This document shows positions 52,820 to 61,284 of a DNA stretch of 64,000 nucleotides, in pieces. The stretch is from a virus. Taxonomy: Duplodnaviria > Caudoviricetes. The stretch spans positions 64,001 to 128,000 of IMG/VR virus record IMGVR_UViG_3300047321_000298; one strand, written 5' to 3'. Position 1 is the stretch's first letter, and each line of letters starts with the position of its first letter. The notes below the pieces were generated by a model. That model saw only the letters and a list, made by a program, of their open reading frames with translations. It had not been told where the DNA came from and made no database searches. The translations under genes and the position numbers were made by a program.

Positions 52820-54286
52820 ATGGAACACATTCGCGATGAAACGCTGCGCGACTTCGGACGGCGCAACATGACTGTCTACGGTCTGGAACTGAACCTGAAG
52901 CGCTCGGTTCCGGACATCTACGATGGGTGGAAGCCTGTCCAGAAGCGAATCCTGTTCGCCGCCTCACAGCAGGAAAAGAAGTTCATCAAGGCCGCGCGTA
53001 TCGTGGGCGACACACTGGGCCGCTATCACCCCCACGGTGACCTGGCGATTTCGGATTCACTGGTTACGCTCGTGAACTCGTCAACGCCACCTGTGAAGGG
53101 TTCGGGTAACTGGGGCTCGCTGACGGATAACGCAGCGGCTCCGCGTTACATCGAGTGCAAGCTTTCGAATTACGGGCTGTCGTTCTTCGAGCCGAACTAC
53201 ATCCACAAGGAAGTAACGGACTTCGTGCCGAACTACGACGGCTCGGAACTGGAGCCGGTGACGCTTCCGGCGCGGTTGCCGAACGTGCTGCTGCAGAACG
53301 TGTTCGGTATCGGATACGGCATCACCACGGAGCTTCCTGCGTTCACGCACGAGTCGATGATCGGCGTTCTGAAACGGATGCTGACAGGTGAAAAGCTGGA
53401 AGCAAAGGATTTCGCAAAGTCCCTCAAACTCGCGTCGGGTTTCCATGAAATGATCATGCGGACCGACGAGAACAAGAAGGGCTGGCTCCAGATGTTCACG
53501 AGCCCGAAGGGGAAGCTGAAGTTCGAATCACCGCTGGATATTGATCGCGACCGCAAGACGATCCGGATTTCGGACTGGGGTCCGGACGTTGACGGGAAGT
53601 TCATCCTGACGTTCGTGGACAAGATTCGTTCGATGCCCGAATGTCAGCGTTGCTACAACTCGAAGGGCACCACCACGTACACGATTGAATGCCGCACGCA
53701 GTACAACTACGCGCAGTTCGATAAGTTCGTGGAGAAGGTCAAGGCGGCAACCCGCAACTCGAAGTCGTACAAGCTGAACGTGACGCGGCGCACCGCTGAA
53801 ATCGTGGACGGCAAGACGAACTTCAAGGTTGACTTCCTGGCGCTGTCGGTCCCCGACATGCTGAAGGAGTGGTTGAAGCTGCGGATCGAACTGGAACTGA
53901 AGAGCCTCCAGTATCAGATTCGAAAGATCGAGAAGGCTATCGCGTACTCGGAGCTTTTGATTTACGCAGCGGATCACGTGGACAACGGTGCCAAGGCTTT
54001 GAAGTCAGCCGACCCGAAGGCCACGCTGATGAAGCTGATGAAGATCAACGAGGCTGACGCGCAGACGCTGCTCAATCTGCGGTTTGTTCAGTGGTCAAAG
54101 CTGGATCAGTCCGCGATCAAGGAAACGCTCAAGGAGCAGCAGGCGCACCTCAAGCAGTTGACTCGTTGGTTGAAAAACCCGAAGTCAAAGGTGCTGCTGG
54201 ACCTTGATGAGATGACGCAGGTTTTGGCGGCCGACGCCAAGACTGAAGAGACCAAGAAGAAACAGAAATTGGTCGTCGTTGTTTGA
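52820..54286 (+). CDS. gyrA: type IIA topoisomerase subunit A (GyrA/ParC-like, no C-terminal pinwheel)
   Basis: DGWKPVQKRIL, YHPHGD, AAPRY catalytic Tyr; 488 aa. Confidence 0.93.
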   Translation: MEHIRDETLRDFGRRNMTVYGLELNLKRSVPDIYDGWKPVQKRILFAASQQEKKFIKAARIVGDTLGRYHPHGDLAISDSLVTLVNSSTPPVKGSGNWGSLTDNAAAPRYIECKLSNYGLSFFEPNYIHKEVTDFVPNYDGSELEPVTLPARLPNVLLQNVFGIGYGITTELPAFTHESMIGVLKRMLTGEKLEAKDFAKSLKLASGFHEMIMRTDENKKGWLQMFTSPKGKLKFESPLDIDRDRKTIRISDWGPDVDGKFILTFVDKIRSMPECQRCYNSKGTTTYTIECRTQYNYAQFDKFVEKVKAATRNSKSYKLNVTRRTAEIVDGKTNFKVDFLALSVPDMLKEWLKLRIELELKSLQYQIRKIEKAIAYSELLIYAADHVDNGAKALKSADPKATLMKLMKINEADAQTLLNLRFVQWSKLDQSAIKETLKEQQAHLKQLTRWLKNPKSKVLLDLDEMTQVLAADAKTEETKKKQKLVVVV

Positions 54287-54373
54287 TTTCGTGAATAGTG
54301 CGCGGCTCTAAGCGGCGCATCACAGGGCTAGTGGGGTTCCCAAAATATCCCACACATCTGATTGGAGTTTGAA

Positions 54374-54883
54374 ATGGGTAAGGCTGTTGCAATCGGTATC
54401 AAGAAGAAGCGCGCTGCGCAAGCTGCACTGAACGAAGAAATCCTGATGCACGCAGAACACGGCGCGGTTCGTGCGCTGTCTCTGGAAGTGGTCACGAATC
54501 TCAGCAACGTCAAAGAGACGCGTGTGCGCGCGATGATTCTGAACAACGGTGAGTCCGCTCTGCTAGCACTGACCGATCTGGAGCTACTGACCAAGCGCCA
54601 GTGGAAAGCGATCAAGGGCAAGGACGGGATCGAAGCAAGCGTTGCGCTGGACCAGCATCTATCGGCTGAAGCTATGAGGCTGCGGTTTTCTGACCTCGGC
54701 TTGCTGCAACCGTTCAAGATTGACGATTCGGGTGATGAGTTCATCAAGGTGGGTAACACCTCCGCGATTCTTGCACCCATCGTTCGGGGCACCTCGCTGT
54801 TCGTGCGTCTTGACCGTGACGACGCCCAAATCGGAAAAGTCCGTTTCTCGAAGTCGCAGGGCGTTTCTCTGATTACGCTGTAG
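54374..54883 (+). CDS. hypothetical protein
   Basis: GGAG RBS before MGKAV. Confidence 0.7.
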   Translation: MGKAVAIGIKKKRAAQAALNEEILMHAEHGAVRALSLEVVTNLSNVKETRVRAMILNNGESALLALTDLELLTKRQWKAIKGKDGIEASVALDQHLSAEAMRLRFSDLGLLQPFKIDDSGDEFIKVGNTSAILAPIVRGTSLFVRLDRDDAQIGKVRFSKSQGVSLITL

Positions 54884-54906
54884 CCAGCAGCCGTAACGAA
54901 TGCAAG

Positions 54907-54933
54907 AACGGGAGCCTTCGGGTTCCCGTTTTT
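54907..54933 (+). terminator. intrinsic terminator
   Basis: AACGGGAGCC TTCG GGTTCCCGTT TTT. Confidence 0.85.
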
Positions 54934-54998
54934 CCATCGGCCCAGATTCACCCACTCCAATTTAAAAGTTCGGGGCCTGAAGAAATCTTCTGCGCTCT

Positions 54999-55006
54999 AG
55001 TAAATA
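54999..55006 (+). promoter_or_regulatory. AGTAAATA phage promoter motif
   Basis: AGTAAATA-GAGA-AGTG, just after a terminator. Confidence 0.7.
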
Positions 55007-55073
55007 GAGAAGTGTAGGGGACAAAAAACCTACACGCTCAACCTAAACCCCTTCCTTATTGGATTGAAACAAA

Positions 55074-55547
55074 ATGGCAACTACCAAAGCAGCAGCACCG
55101 ACCGTGGACGTGGCAAAGCAACTGAAGACCGCCGCTGGCGTGTTCGCTTCGTCGCAAAAGGAACTCGCCCGCAAGGACAAGACGATCCTGAAGCTGCAAG
55201 CGCAAGTCGCGAAGCTCGAAGCAAAGAAGGCAGGCGCAGCGGCACCGGCAGCTAAGGGCGGCCGTAAGGCAGCATCGGCAGCCGACGCAGACGCACCGGT
55301 CGCAAAGCGCGTGAAGGCAGCCGCCGCACCGGCAGCAGCGCCGACCAAGCGTGGCCCGAAGGCAGCAGTTGCAGCACCGGTTGCGGCTGAGCCGAAGAAG
55401 CGCGGTCCGAAGCCGAAGGCAGCAGTTGCAGCAGCACCTGCAGCAGCCCCGGCAAAGCGTGGCCCGAAGGCTAAGGCAGTGGTCGAAGCCGCTCCGGTCG
55501 CGAAGAAGGGCAAGAAGTCGTCGGGTGATGACGATTTCCTGGTGTAA
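55074..55547 (+). CDS. histone H1-like Ala/Lys/Pro-rich DNA-binding protein
   Basis: N-terminal coiled coil, repeated AAP.KRGPK, C-terminus DDDFLV. Confidence 0.75.
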   Translation: MATTKAAAPTVDVAKQLKTAAGVFASSQKELARKDKTILKLQAQVAKLEAKKAGAAAPAAKGGRKAASAADADAPVAKRVKAAAAPAAAPTKRGPKAAVAAPVAAEPKKRGPKPKAAVAAAPAAAPAKRGPKAKAVVEAAPVAKKGKKSSGDDDFLV

Positions 55548-55596
55548 CTCTCTGTCCGCATCCCAGCCGACACAGTAGAGATTGGAAGGGGATTAG

Positions 55597-56637
55597 TTGA
55601 CGATTGCTCATCTAATCCCCTTTCGTGCGTTTAACCCTGAAAAGTTTTCGACCGTGAAGAAAAACGAAGTCCGGATTGCAGATTCCAACTTTGATCGGCT
55701 CCAGGCGTATCGCGGCCTGACCATGAAGAATCAGTCGCAGATGTCGAAGCTGATTCCGATGCTCCAGGTCGGCGCTAAGAAGTCGCAGAGCGACGAAGAG
55801 ATTCAAGAGACGCTCAGCGCGCGGTTGGAGAAGCTGATGGATGCTCAGCTTGAGTTTCGCGAGAACACGCGGAAGCTCCGGACGATGGCGCGTGTCGATA
55901 CTCCACGGCAAATGAAGCGGCTGACTGATGGTCTGGAGTTCATACGGGAGTTGAAGTCCCGGAAGATCAACGGGTTGTCGAAAAGCCTGCGAATCCTGAT
56001 CAACGAGCTAACGAGCTTGCGGGAAGCGGTGTATCACCGTGAGATTGAGGGCGAAGAGGTCAGCCTGTCTCAACTGGATTTTGTTGAGGAAGAGTTCCAG
56101 CGCCTCATCAAGTCCACCCACACGCGGATCAGCGATCACGCAGCGGAGGTAGCTGGCACCTCTGTAAATGACCGTCTATTCTCCGATTCGATTGTTCAGG
56201 TCATCGCTGAGAATACGAACCTTGAAGCCCCTACGCTCGAAGGCAAGCCGTTCACGATTGGCCGCATGCCTGTAATTCCTGTGCCCGTGGCGTCGCTCTC
56301 GATTGCAACGCTCCAGTCGAAGGGATTCGATGTGACCCTCCTGGGTGACTACCCGATCATGAAATCGCAGTTGGTTCTGGGCATCGCCAAGGAACAGCTA
56401 GGTTTGACGGATAAGGAGAAGCTGCAGCCGGTGCCGCGCTCCCGGTTCGTGGCCGCCGCTCAGGAGATTCTGGTAACCCTGAAACGCGAAACGAAGCAGA
56501 AGCTGACGCTCGTCACGGACAAGCCCCACGGTCACAAGGGCGGCACGTGGTTCTGGTTGATGACGGACTCTGAACTCCAGAGTTTTATGGAAGCGTTCCC
56601 CGGCCGTAGCCTACAGCTACGCACGTGGGGTTTCTAA
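55597..56637 (+). CDS. hypothetical protein
   Basis: 346 aa, TTG start with GGAAGGG RBS. Confidence 0.7.
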   Translation: MTIAHLIPFRAFNPEKFSTVKKNEVRIADSNFDRLQAYRGLTMKNQSQMSKLIPMLQVGAKKSQSDEEIQETLSARLEKLMDAQLEFRENTRKLRTMARVDTPRQMKRLTDGLEFIRELKSRKINGLSKSLRILINELTSLREAVYHREIEGEEVSLSQLDFVEEEFQRLIKSTHTRISDHAAEVAGTSVNDRLFSDSIVQVIAENTNLEAPTLEGKPFTIGRMPVIPVPVASLSIATLQSKGFDVTLLGDYPIMKSQLVLGIAKEQLGLTDKEKLQPVPRSRFVAAAQEILVTLKRETKQKLTLVTDKPHGHKGGTWFWLMTDSELQSFMEAFPGRSLQLRTWGF

Positions 56638-56656
56638 TTCCCATCTGGAGTTTCAC

Positions 56657-57166
56657 ATGCAAGTAAACGAACTGCTGGTCATCCCGACCCAAGAGACGCT
56701 GGAATATCTGGCGCAGACGATGAGCGCGTGCCCGTTCGATATGGACCTGACCAAGGCACACGTCACGTTGAACATGTCGCAGTCTCCGATGGAGCCTGAC
56801 GCAGATCGACTGTATAAGGCCACGGCGGGCTCCCTGGGAATCTGGTACGACCAGTCAACCGGTTATTCCTCGTTGATCCTGCCGCTAGTGTCCGAGTCGA
56901 TGAACGCGCGTGTAGCGGAGCTTCGAGCCGACGCACCGTGCCCCTTCTACGGTGATCACTGGTTCGCCTTCATGGTTCTGGTCGCAGACTTCCCGCCGAG
57001 CAGCCGTAGATATTCGCGATTCATCAACTCCGTTAGCGACAGCCTGGCGATGGCGCAAAACGCACCGCTGTTCTTTGATGCCGAACTGGTGCGGACGACT
57101 GAGGTGCACGCCGTTCCATTCGCGGATTATTACGCTGCACAGCGGGCGCGGCAAGCGGGCGTCTGA
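56657..57166 (+). CDS. 2H-phosphoesterase-like (Acb1/T4 57B-like) protein with degenerate second motif
   Basis: AHVTLNMS...LGIW....SLILPLVSESMNARV...; the second HxT position reads FMV. Confidence 0.5.
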   Translation: MQVNELLVIPTQETLEYLAQTMSACPFDMDLTKAHVTLNMSQSPMEPDADRLYKATAGSLGIWYDQSTGYSSLILPLVSESMNARVAELRADAPCPFYGDHWFAFMVLVADFPPSSRRYSRFINSVSDSLAMAQNAPLFFDAELVRTTEVHAVPFADYYAAQRARQAGV

Positions 57167-57168
57167 TC

Positions 57169-57621
57169 GTGGAGTCGATTTATCTGCCGCATTGCTGGGT
57201 GTGCAATGTCCGATTTACGGATGCTCGTCCACCGGGCCCCGCAAACCGAGAAGAGCACCATATCGTTCCACGGCAAGCAGGCGGCACTGATGGCCCCACA
57301 GTTTCTCTTTGTGACGGTCATCATGCCTGCCTGCATAAAATCGCGCTTCGTATTAAATCAAAGCGCCCGTATTTCGATTTAGTAACAGAAGAGCCTGACG
57401 AATCTAAGAGAAAGCTATATTGGCTCGCGACCGTGGTTTTTAATTCATTTGAAGCCACGCGCGACGATCCAAACAAAATCGTTATGTCGATGATGGCCTT
57501 AGACCGCAGGCAGCAATTGATGATCGAGAGGCTACGCCAGGTATATCCAAAGATACGTAGCCGCGAGGCTCTGCTCAACCTGGCGCTCGAATCCCTTTAC
57601 AAAAAACACTTCACGGAGTGA
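57169..57621 (+). CDS. HNH endonuclease
   Basis: CWVC...EEHHIVP..GG......LCDGHHACLH. Confidence 0.8.
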   Translation: MESIYLPHCWVCNVRFTDARPPGPANREEHHIVPRQAGGTDGPTVSLCDGHHACLHKIALRIKSKRPYFDLVTEEPDESKRKLYWLATVVFNSFEATRDDPNKIVMSMMALDRRQQLMIERLRQVYPKIRSREALLNLALESLYKKHFTE

Positions 57622-57624
57622 CCC

Positions 57625-57957
57625 ATGTTTCAAAACGGAGACATTCTTGTCGTGCACCTGGTTTCCGGCCAGGAAATTGTTACTCGGTTGCTGGAGCAAG
57701 AAGAAGGCGGGCTGCTTATTGAGGCACCTACATACCTGATGACCAGGGATGACCCTAAAGGGGGCGGGATCAGCGTAGGCTTCTCTCACTATCTTACTTG
57801 CGGAGATGTTCTGCCCCCGTTGAAACGTTTGCTACTTCCGTACCACGCAATCGTCCTTCCGCGCAAGGCTCCGGAAAAAATCGCTGAAGGGTACGTCAGA
57901 GCCACTTCCGGCATCGAAATCGCCCGGACAATGCCTTCTATCGTGCAACGGGCCTGA
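57625..57957 (+). CDS. small beta-rich phage protein (possible Sm-like fold)
   Basis: VVHLVSGQEIVTRL....GLLIEAP pattern. Confidence 0.55.
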   Translation: MFQNGDILVVHLVSGQEIVTRLLEQEEGGLLIEAPTYLMTRDDPKGGGISVGFSHYLTCGDVLPPLKRLLLPYHAIVLPRKAPEKIAEGYVRATSGIEIARTMPSIVQRA

Positions 57958-58156
57958 CCCTAAAAACTCAGAGCGCATGAAATAGTTGTTTCGAGATGTT
58001 GCAGAGTTGAAACAAATTGTGTTGTCACTTTTTTGCTGTTATATTGACGCCTTGTGTTGAACACAAGTAGGGAATTCTTACCGAACACGGCGTACCCTGT
58101 CCCTGGCGTAGAGACCGCGCCAGGCATATCGAACTAACAACAAGCTTCGAAAAGAA

Positions 58157-58843
58157 ATGCAAAAACGTGATACGCTCGCGGGCGCTCCCCCGGCTGCATC
58201 GCTAACTGAAGGCTTCAAGTGCCGTGAATGCCTTCACTTCCAAAAATTCCCGCACTCGAAATATGAGCGGCCTTGCGAATTAGAAGGAATTTTGGGGACC
58301 GCTGTTGCTCCCCGCTGTTTTACTCCCGATGTCACGCTATTGACCGGCAATTCGGATCAATTCGTGCAGCTTGCGTCATTGTTTCAGAGTTACGACCATA
58401 AACAGCGTCGTGTGCTTCTGGCTTTGCTGCGGGAGAAAAAGAAAAGTTTTGTATTAGGCACGAAACTTTACTTTTATATCGGAGACGATTTTCTTTCGAA
58501 TTACCTTTCAGCATACGTCGCTGGTTACACCAGTGATGGTCGCCTGCTGCTGATCGGCAGTCCGGACCAGAAGAGCCGTGGCTCTTCCTTCGTGACGTTC
58601 ACCGACGACAAGTCGGATGGGCTGCTCACACACTCCCAGTGGAAACAGAAAAAAGCTTCGCTGCTCGAAGCTGGGCGCATCTACGACCCCTTGAACAAGC
58701 GCATCAAGAAAGGGTCTGTGCTTGACGACTACGAAGCACCGACCATCGATACGGTACCCGACTACGTCTACAACAAGGGCGAGCCTGGTGACCAGCCACG
58801 CCGACGAAAGTCCACTGACGAAATCTCGTTCCAAGTGTCCTGA
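58157..58843 (+). CDS. Cys-containing hypothetical protein
   Basis: CREC...C...C; follows a 200-nt intergenic region. Confidence 0.7.
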   Translation: MQKRDTLAGAPPAASLTEGFKCRECLHFQKFPHSKYERPCELEGILGTAVAPRCFTPDVTLLTGNSDQFVQLASLFQSYDHKQRRVLLALLREKKKSFVLGTKLYFYIGDDFLSNYLSAYVAGYTSDGRLLLIGSPDQKSRGSSFVTFTDDKSDGLLTHSQWKQKKASLLEAGRIYDPLNKRIKKGSVLDDYEAPTIDTVPDYVYNKGEPGDQPRRRKSTDEISFQVS

Positions 58844-58871
58844 TTGATTCGCTAGCCGAAGGTTAAACAAA

Positions 58872-59825
58872 ATGTTGATGCGCAAATTTGGACTACCCGA
58901 GCACTTGATGGCACGGGTAGGCGGGGCGGTGTTTGCCTACCTTTTTTCGAGAATCGATCAGAAGCGACTGGTCGAGATAATCCGTGAGGACTGCCCGGAT
59001 GCAGAAGAACGAATCCTGGACGCTGTTCGTAAGTCCGGGTACCTGCTGATCAACTGCAAGTTGTACGCGTGGGCGTTCTATAAAGCACGCATGGGCAAAG
59101 GTGTAAAACCGGCTCCCGAAGCGTACGAAATCCGTCCGGTCGATGTCGCGTTTCTGTCGCGTATCAATCTGGCTCACGTCTCTCTGGACTTCCCGTCGTA
59201 CTCGCTGTCTGAATACCGCACGTTGGTCGCGGACGCGACGACGAGCAAGCCGATTCAGGAGTACATCGGCCGCTTCATCTCGAAGCGCATGACGTTCCTG
59301 ATCCGGAACTACGGTGTCAAGCGCGACGACCTGGAGCACGACATGATGCTGAGCGCGTGCCGCGCTATCCATATGGGCTATCCGCACTTCGAGTCGGAAC
59401 TGCACCTGCGGAACACAGCGAAGACCGCGATACACAACGAGGGTGAATCGAAGGTCACGTATTACACGGCACCGACCCGTCAGCGACTGGAGCGGAATGA
59501 CGATGGCGAATACACGTCCATCGAAGTGTCTACAGAGGAACTCGCTGAAGTCGAAGCGCAGACGAACTACCTGGATCACATCCGGGATCGGCTCGAAGGT
59601 CTCGTGCGCCTCTCGGAGCGGCTGGCACCTCAGGTGCAGCGCTTCCTGCTGGCATGCGCCGGACAGTATGACAAGGGGTTCTCGGACTTCCTGAAAACGA
59701 ACAATGCAGAAGCAGTAGAAGACATGGCGTATTCGCGCTACCTAGGTCAGGCGCGCGCCTACTTCGGCTACAGCCCGAACGACGTAAAGAAGCTGTTTAA
59801 CTCGCTTAGGACACAACTCGAATAA
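58872..59825 (+). CDS. second sigma-factor-like protein (region-2-like)
   Basis: ISKRMTFL..YGVKRDDLEHDMMLSACRAI..Y..F.S..HL.N.AK.AIHN. Confidence 0.45.
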   Translation: MLMRKFGLPEHLMARVGGAVFAYLFSRIDQKRLVEIIREDCPDAEERILDAVRKSGYLLINCKLYAWAFYKARMGKGVKPAPEAYEIRPVDVAFLSRINLAHVSLDFPSYSLSEYRTLVADATTSKPIQEYIGRFISKRMTFLIRNYGVKRDDLEHDMMLSACRAIHMGYPHFESELHLRNTAKTAIHNEGESKVTYYTAPTRQRLERNDDGEYTSIEVSTEELAEVEAQTNYLDHIRDRLEGLVRLSERLAPQVQRFLLACAGQYDKGFSDFLKTNNAEAVEDMAYSRYLGQARAYFGYSPNDVKKLFNSLRTQLE

Positions 59826-59838
59826 AAGGGGGTGGGCC

Positions 59839-60123
59839 GTGGAATTAGTGCAACGTCAGGCTGAATTTGCGGTCCGCTTCAACCTGTCGCTCGATGAGTA
59901 TCAGCGTATCGTGCGTGCATGCAACACACAGGAAATCATTGCAATACTTGAACTGTTCAAGGTCCGGAGCCATCGTTCTCCCGCTCGCAGGTTTGCGCAC
60001 GAGCAGGTTAAGCGCTGGCTCATGCTGAACTTGCCAGGCAAGCCACTTCGGGATTCGCAGTTCAGGGCTTTGATCCCGAAGTGGCCTGTTCTCTATCAAC
60101 TGCCAACTAACGCACACGTATGA
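59839..60123 (+). CDS. hypothetical protein
   Basis: GTG start, GGGGG RBS. Confidence 0.55.
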   Translation: MELVQRQAEFAVRFNLSLDEYQRIVRACNTQEIIAILELFKVRSHRSPARRFAHEQVKRWLMLNLPGKPLRDSQFRALIPKWPVLYQLPTNAHV

Positions 60124-60479
60124 ACTTAATTCACGAATTCGACGCTCACGGATGGAAGACCTTTCATCGCCTCGTATGGATCAGTCCGGAGGGCAAGCGT
60201 GTAGAGGGTACGTGGGCGCTCTTCGAGCATCCTGCATTCATCAGCGCGAAAGAACTGTCGGGCGATCAGGAAAGCAGCATGACACCGGCCGCAGGCTATT
60301 TTGCTCTGACCGACTACTACACGGCTGAAGGTTCTATGGTTGCGGGCTACAGCAGCAGTTCGCTCGGTTCTTCGGAACCCATCACGGTCACTTCCTACGA
60401 ACTGACGCAGGCAGAGCACGAAGCGGCTCAAGCCGCTGACGGAGAAGCCAATGATGACGAGTTCGCGCTGAAAGCGTAG
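60120..60479 (+). CDS. hypothetical protein
   Basis: ATGA-coupled, 119 aa. Confidence 0.65.
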   Translation: MNLIHEFDAHGWKTFHRLVWISPEGKRVEGTWALFEHPAFISAKELSGDQESSMTPAAGYFALTDYYTAEGSMVAGYSSSSLGSSEPITVTSYELTQAEHEAAQAADGEANDDEFALKA

Positions 60480-60521
60480 TTGACACGCAGTTGACGTTTA
60501 GTGCATAGTTGAAACGTCAAC
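60480..60521 (+). promoter_or_regulatory. promoter/operator upstream of the tRNA-like RNA
   Basis: TTGACA...CATAGT and a 10-bp inverted repeat GTTGACGTTT/AAACGTCAAC. Confidence 0.55.
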
Positions 60522-60530
60522 AAGATCACC

Positions 60531-60683
60531 GGAGCGGTGGCGAAATTGGTAGACGCAGGCGGCTAAGGTTGTCCCCGCAAGGGGTTGGGAAACGGGACGC
60601 CAAAACCCGGAACTGGAAAACCTGAAACTGCCGGTAGGGATAGGCTGTCCCGCTTGAGGGTTCGACTCCCTCCCGCTCCGCCA
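60531..60683 (+). ncRNA. class II tRNA (Ser/Leu-like) with a 58-nt insertion in the anticodon loop
   Basis: GGAGCGG/CCGCTCC-G-CCA; D arm GCG AAATTGGTAGA CGC; GGCGG/CTGCC stem; insert AGGTT...AACCT 60566-60623; long variable arm; GAGGG TTCGACT CCCTC. Confidence 0.75.
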
Positions 60684-60690
60684 AACCCGG

Positions 60691-60716
60691 AGGCTGCTTT
60701 CGTAAAGCAGCCTTTT
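60691..60716 (+). terminator. intrinsic terminator after the tRNA-like RNA
   Basis: AGGCTGCTTT CGT AAAGCAGCCT TTT. Confidence 0.75.
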
Positions 60717-60731
60717 CACCAGGACACTCAG

Positions 60732-60914
60732 ATGACAAACGTATGGTTGATCCATCTACTCGCGTACGTGGCTGTCGCGATGATCGCTCTGGCAGTCATC
60801 AGGACGGTGCTCTACGTTTGTCTGATTCTGGTGGTCTCCATGATCCTGTCCACGGTTATACCGCATCAGCAGGCTCAACCCCAACCCGCAGTCCCCTATG
60901 AACACTCTGACTGA
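60732..60914 (+). CDS. small membrane protein
   Basis: AGGA RBS; long hydrophobic segment. Confidence 0.55.
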   Translation: MTNVWLIHLLAYVAVAMIALAVIRTVLYVCLILVVSMILSTVIPHQQAQPQPAVPYEHSD

Positions 60915-61284
60915 AAACGAACTGCAGCTAATCGAGCACGCGGCACTAGCTCTTGGTTATGCGCCGTCTCGCTATACCGTGCGCGATTCAACCGTGATCT
61001 ACGTAAGCCGCAGAGGTTCGAGCGCACACTACTGGAACCCGCTGGACCCCGGCCGCCATGACTTTTTCGACGTTCTGACCTTTCTGTCGAGCCATCACAG
61101 CTTGGAGGTCGTGGCGGAGGGCCACGGCTCTATTCCCGGTGTATACGCAGCAGTCCACCACGACGCCCTAAGGGCTCCCGTGGCTGCGGTCGCTGCGTCA
61201 GCACAGTACTCCATTCCTAAAGCTTTCTGCATGGCTTTGACGCGGGCCGCGCAGAAATTCCATAAAGAGGTAACTCCGCGATGA
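60898..61284 (+). CDS. hypothetical protein
   Basis: 128 aa. Confidence 0.6.
   Translation: MNTLTENELQLIEHAALALGYAPSRYTVRDSTVIYVSRRGSSAHYWNPLDPGRHDFFDVLTFLSSHHSLEVVAEGHGSIPGVYAAVHHDALRAPVAAVAASAQYSIPKAFCMALTRAAQKFHKEVTPR

Noticed and set aside
60585-60731. N-terminal part of the 109-aa ORF and antisense ORFs at 60498-60755
   Set aside because: They overlap the tRNA-like RNA and its terminator; the RBS supports a start at 60732.
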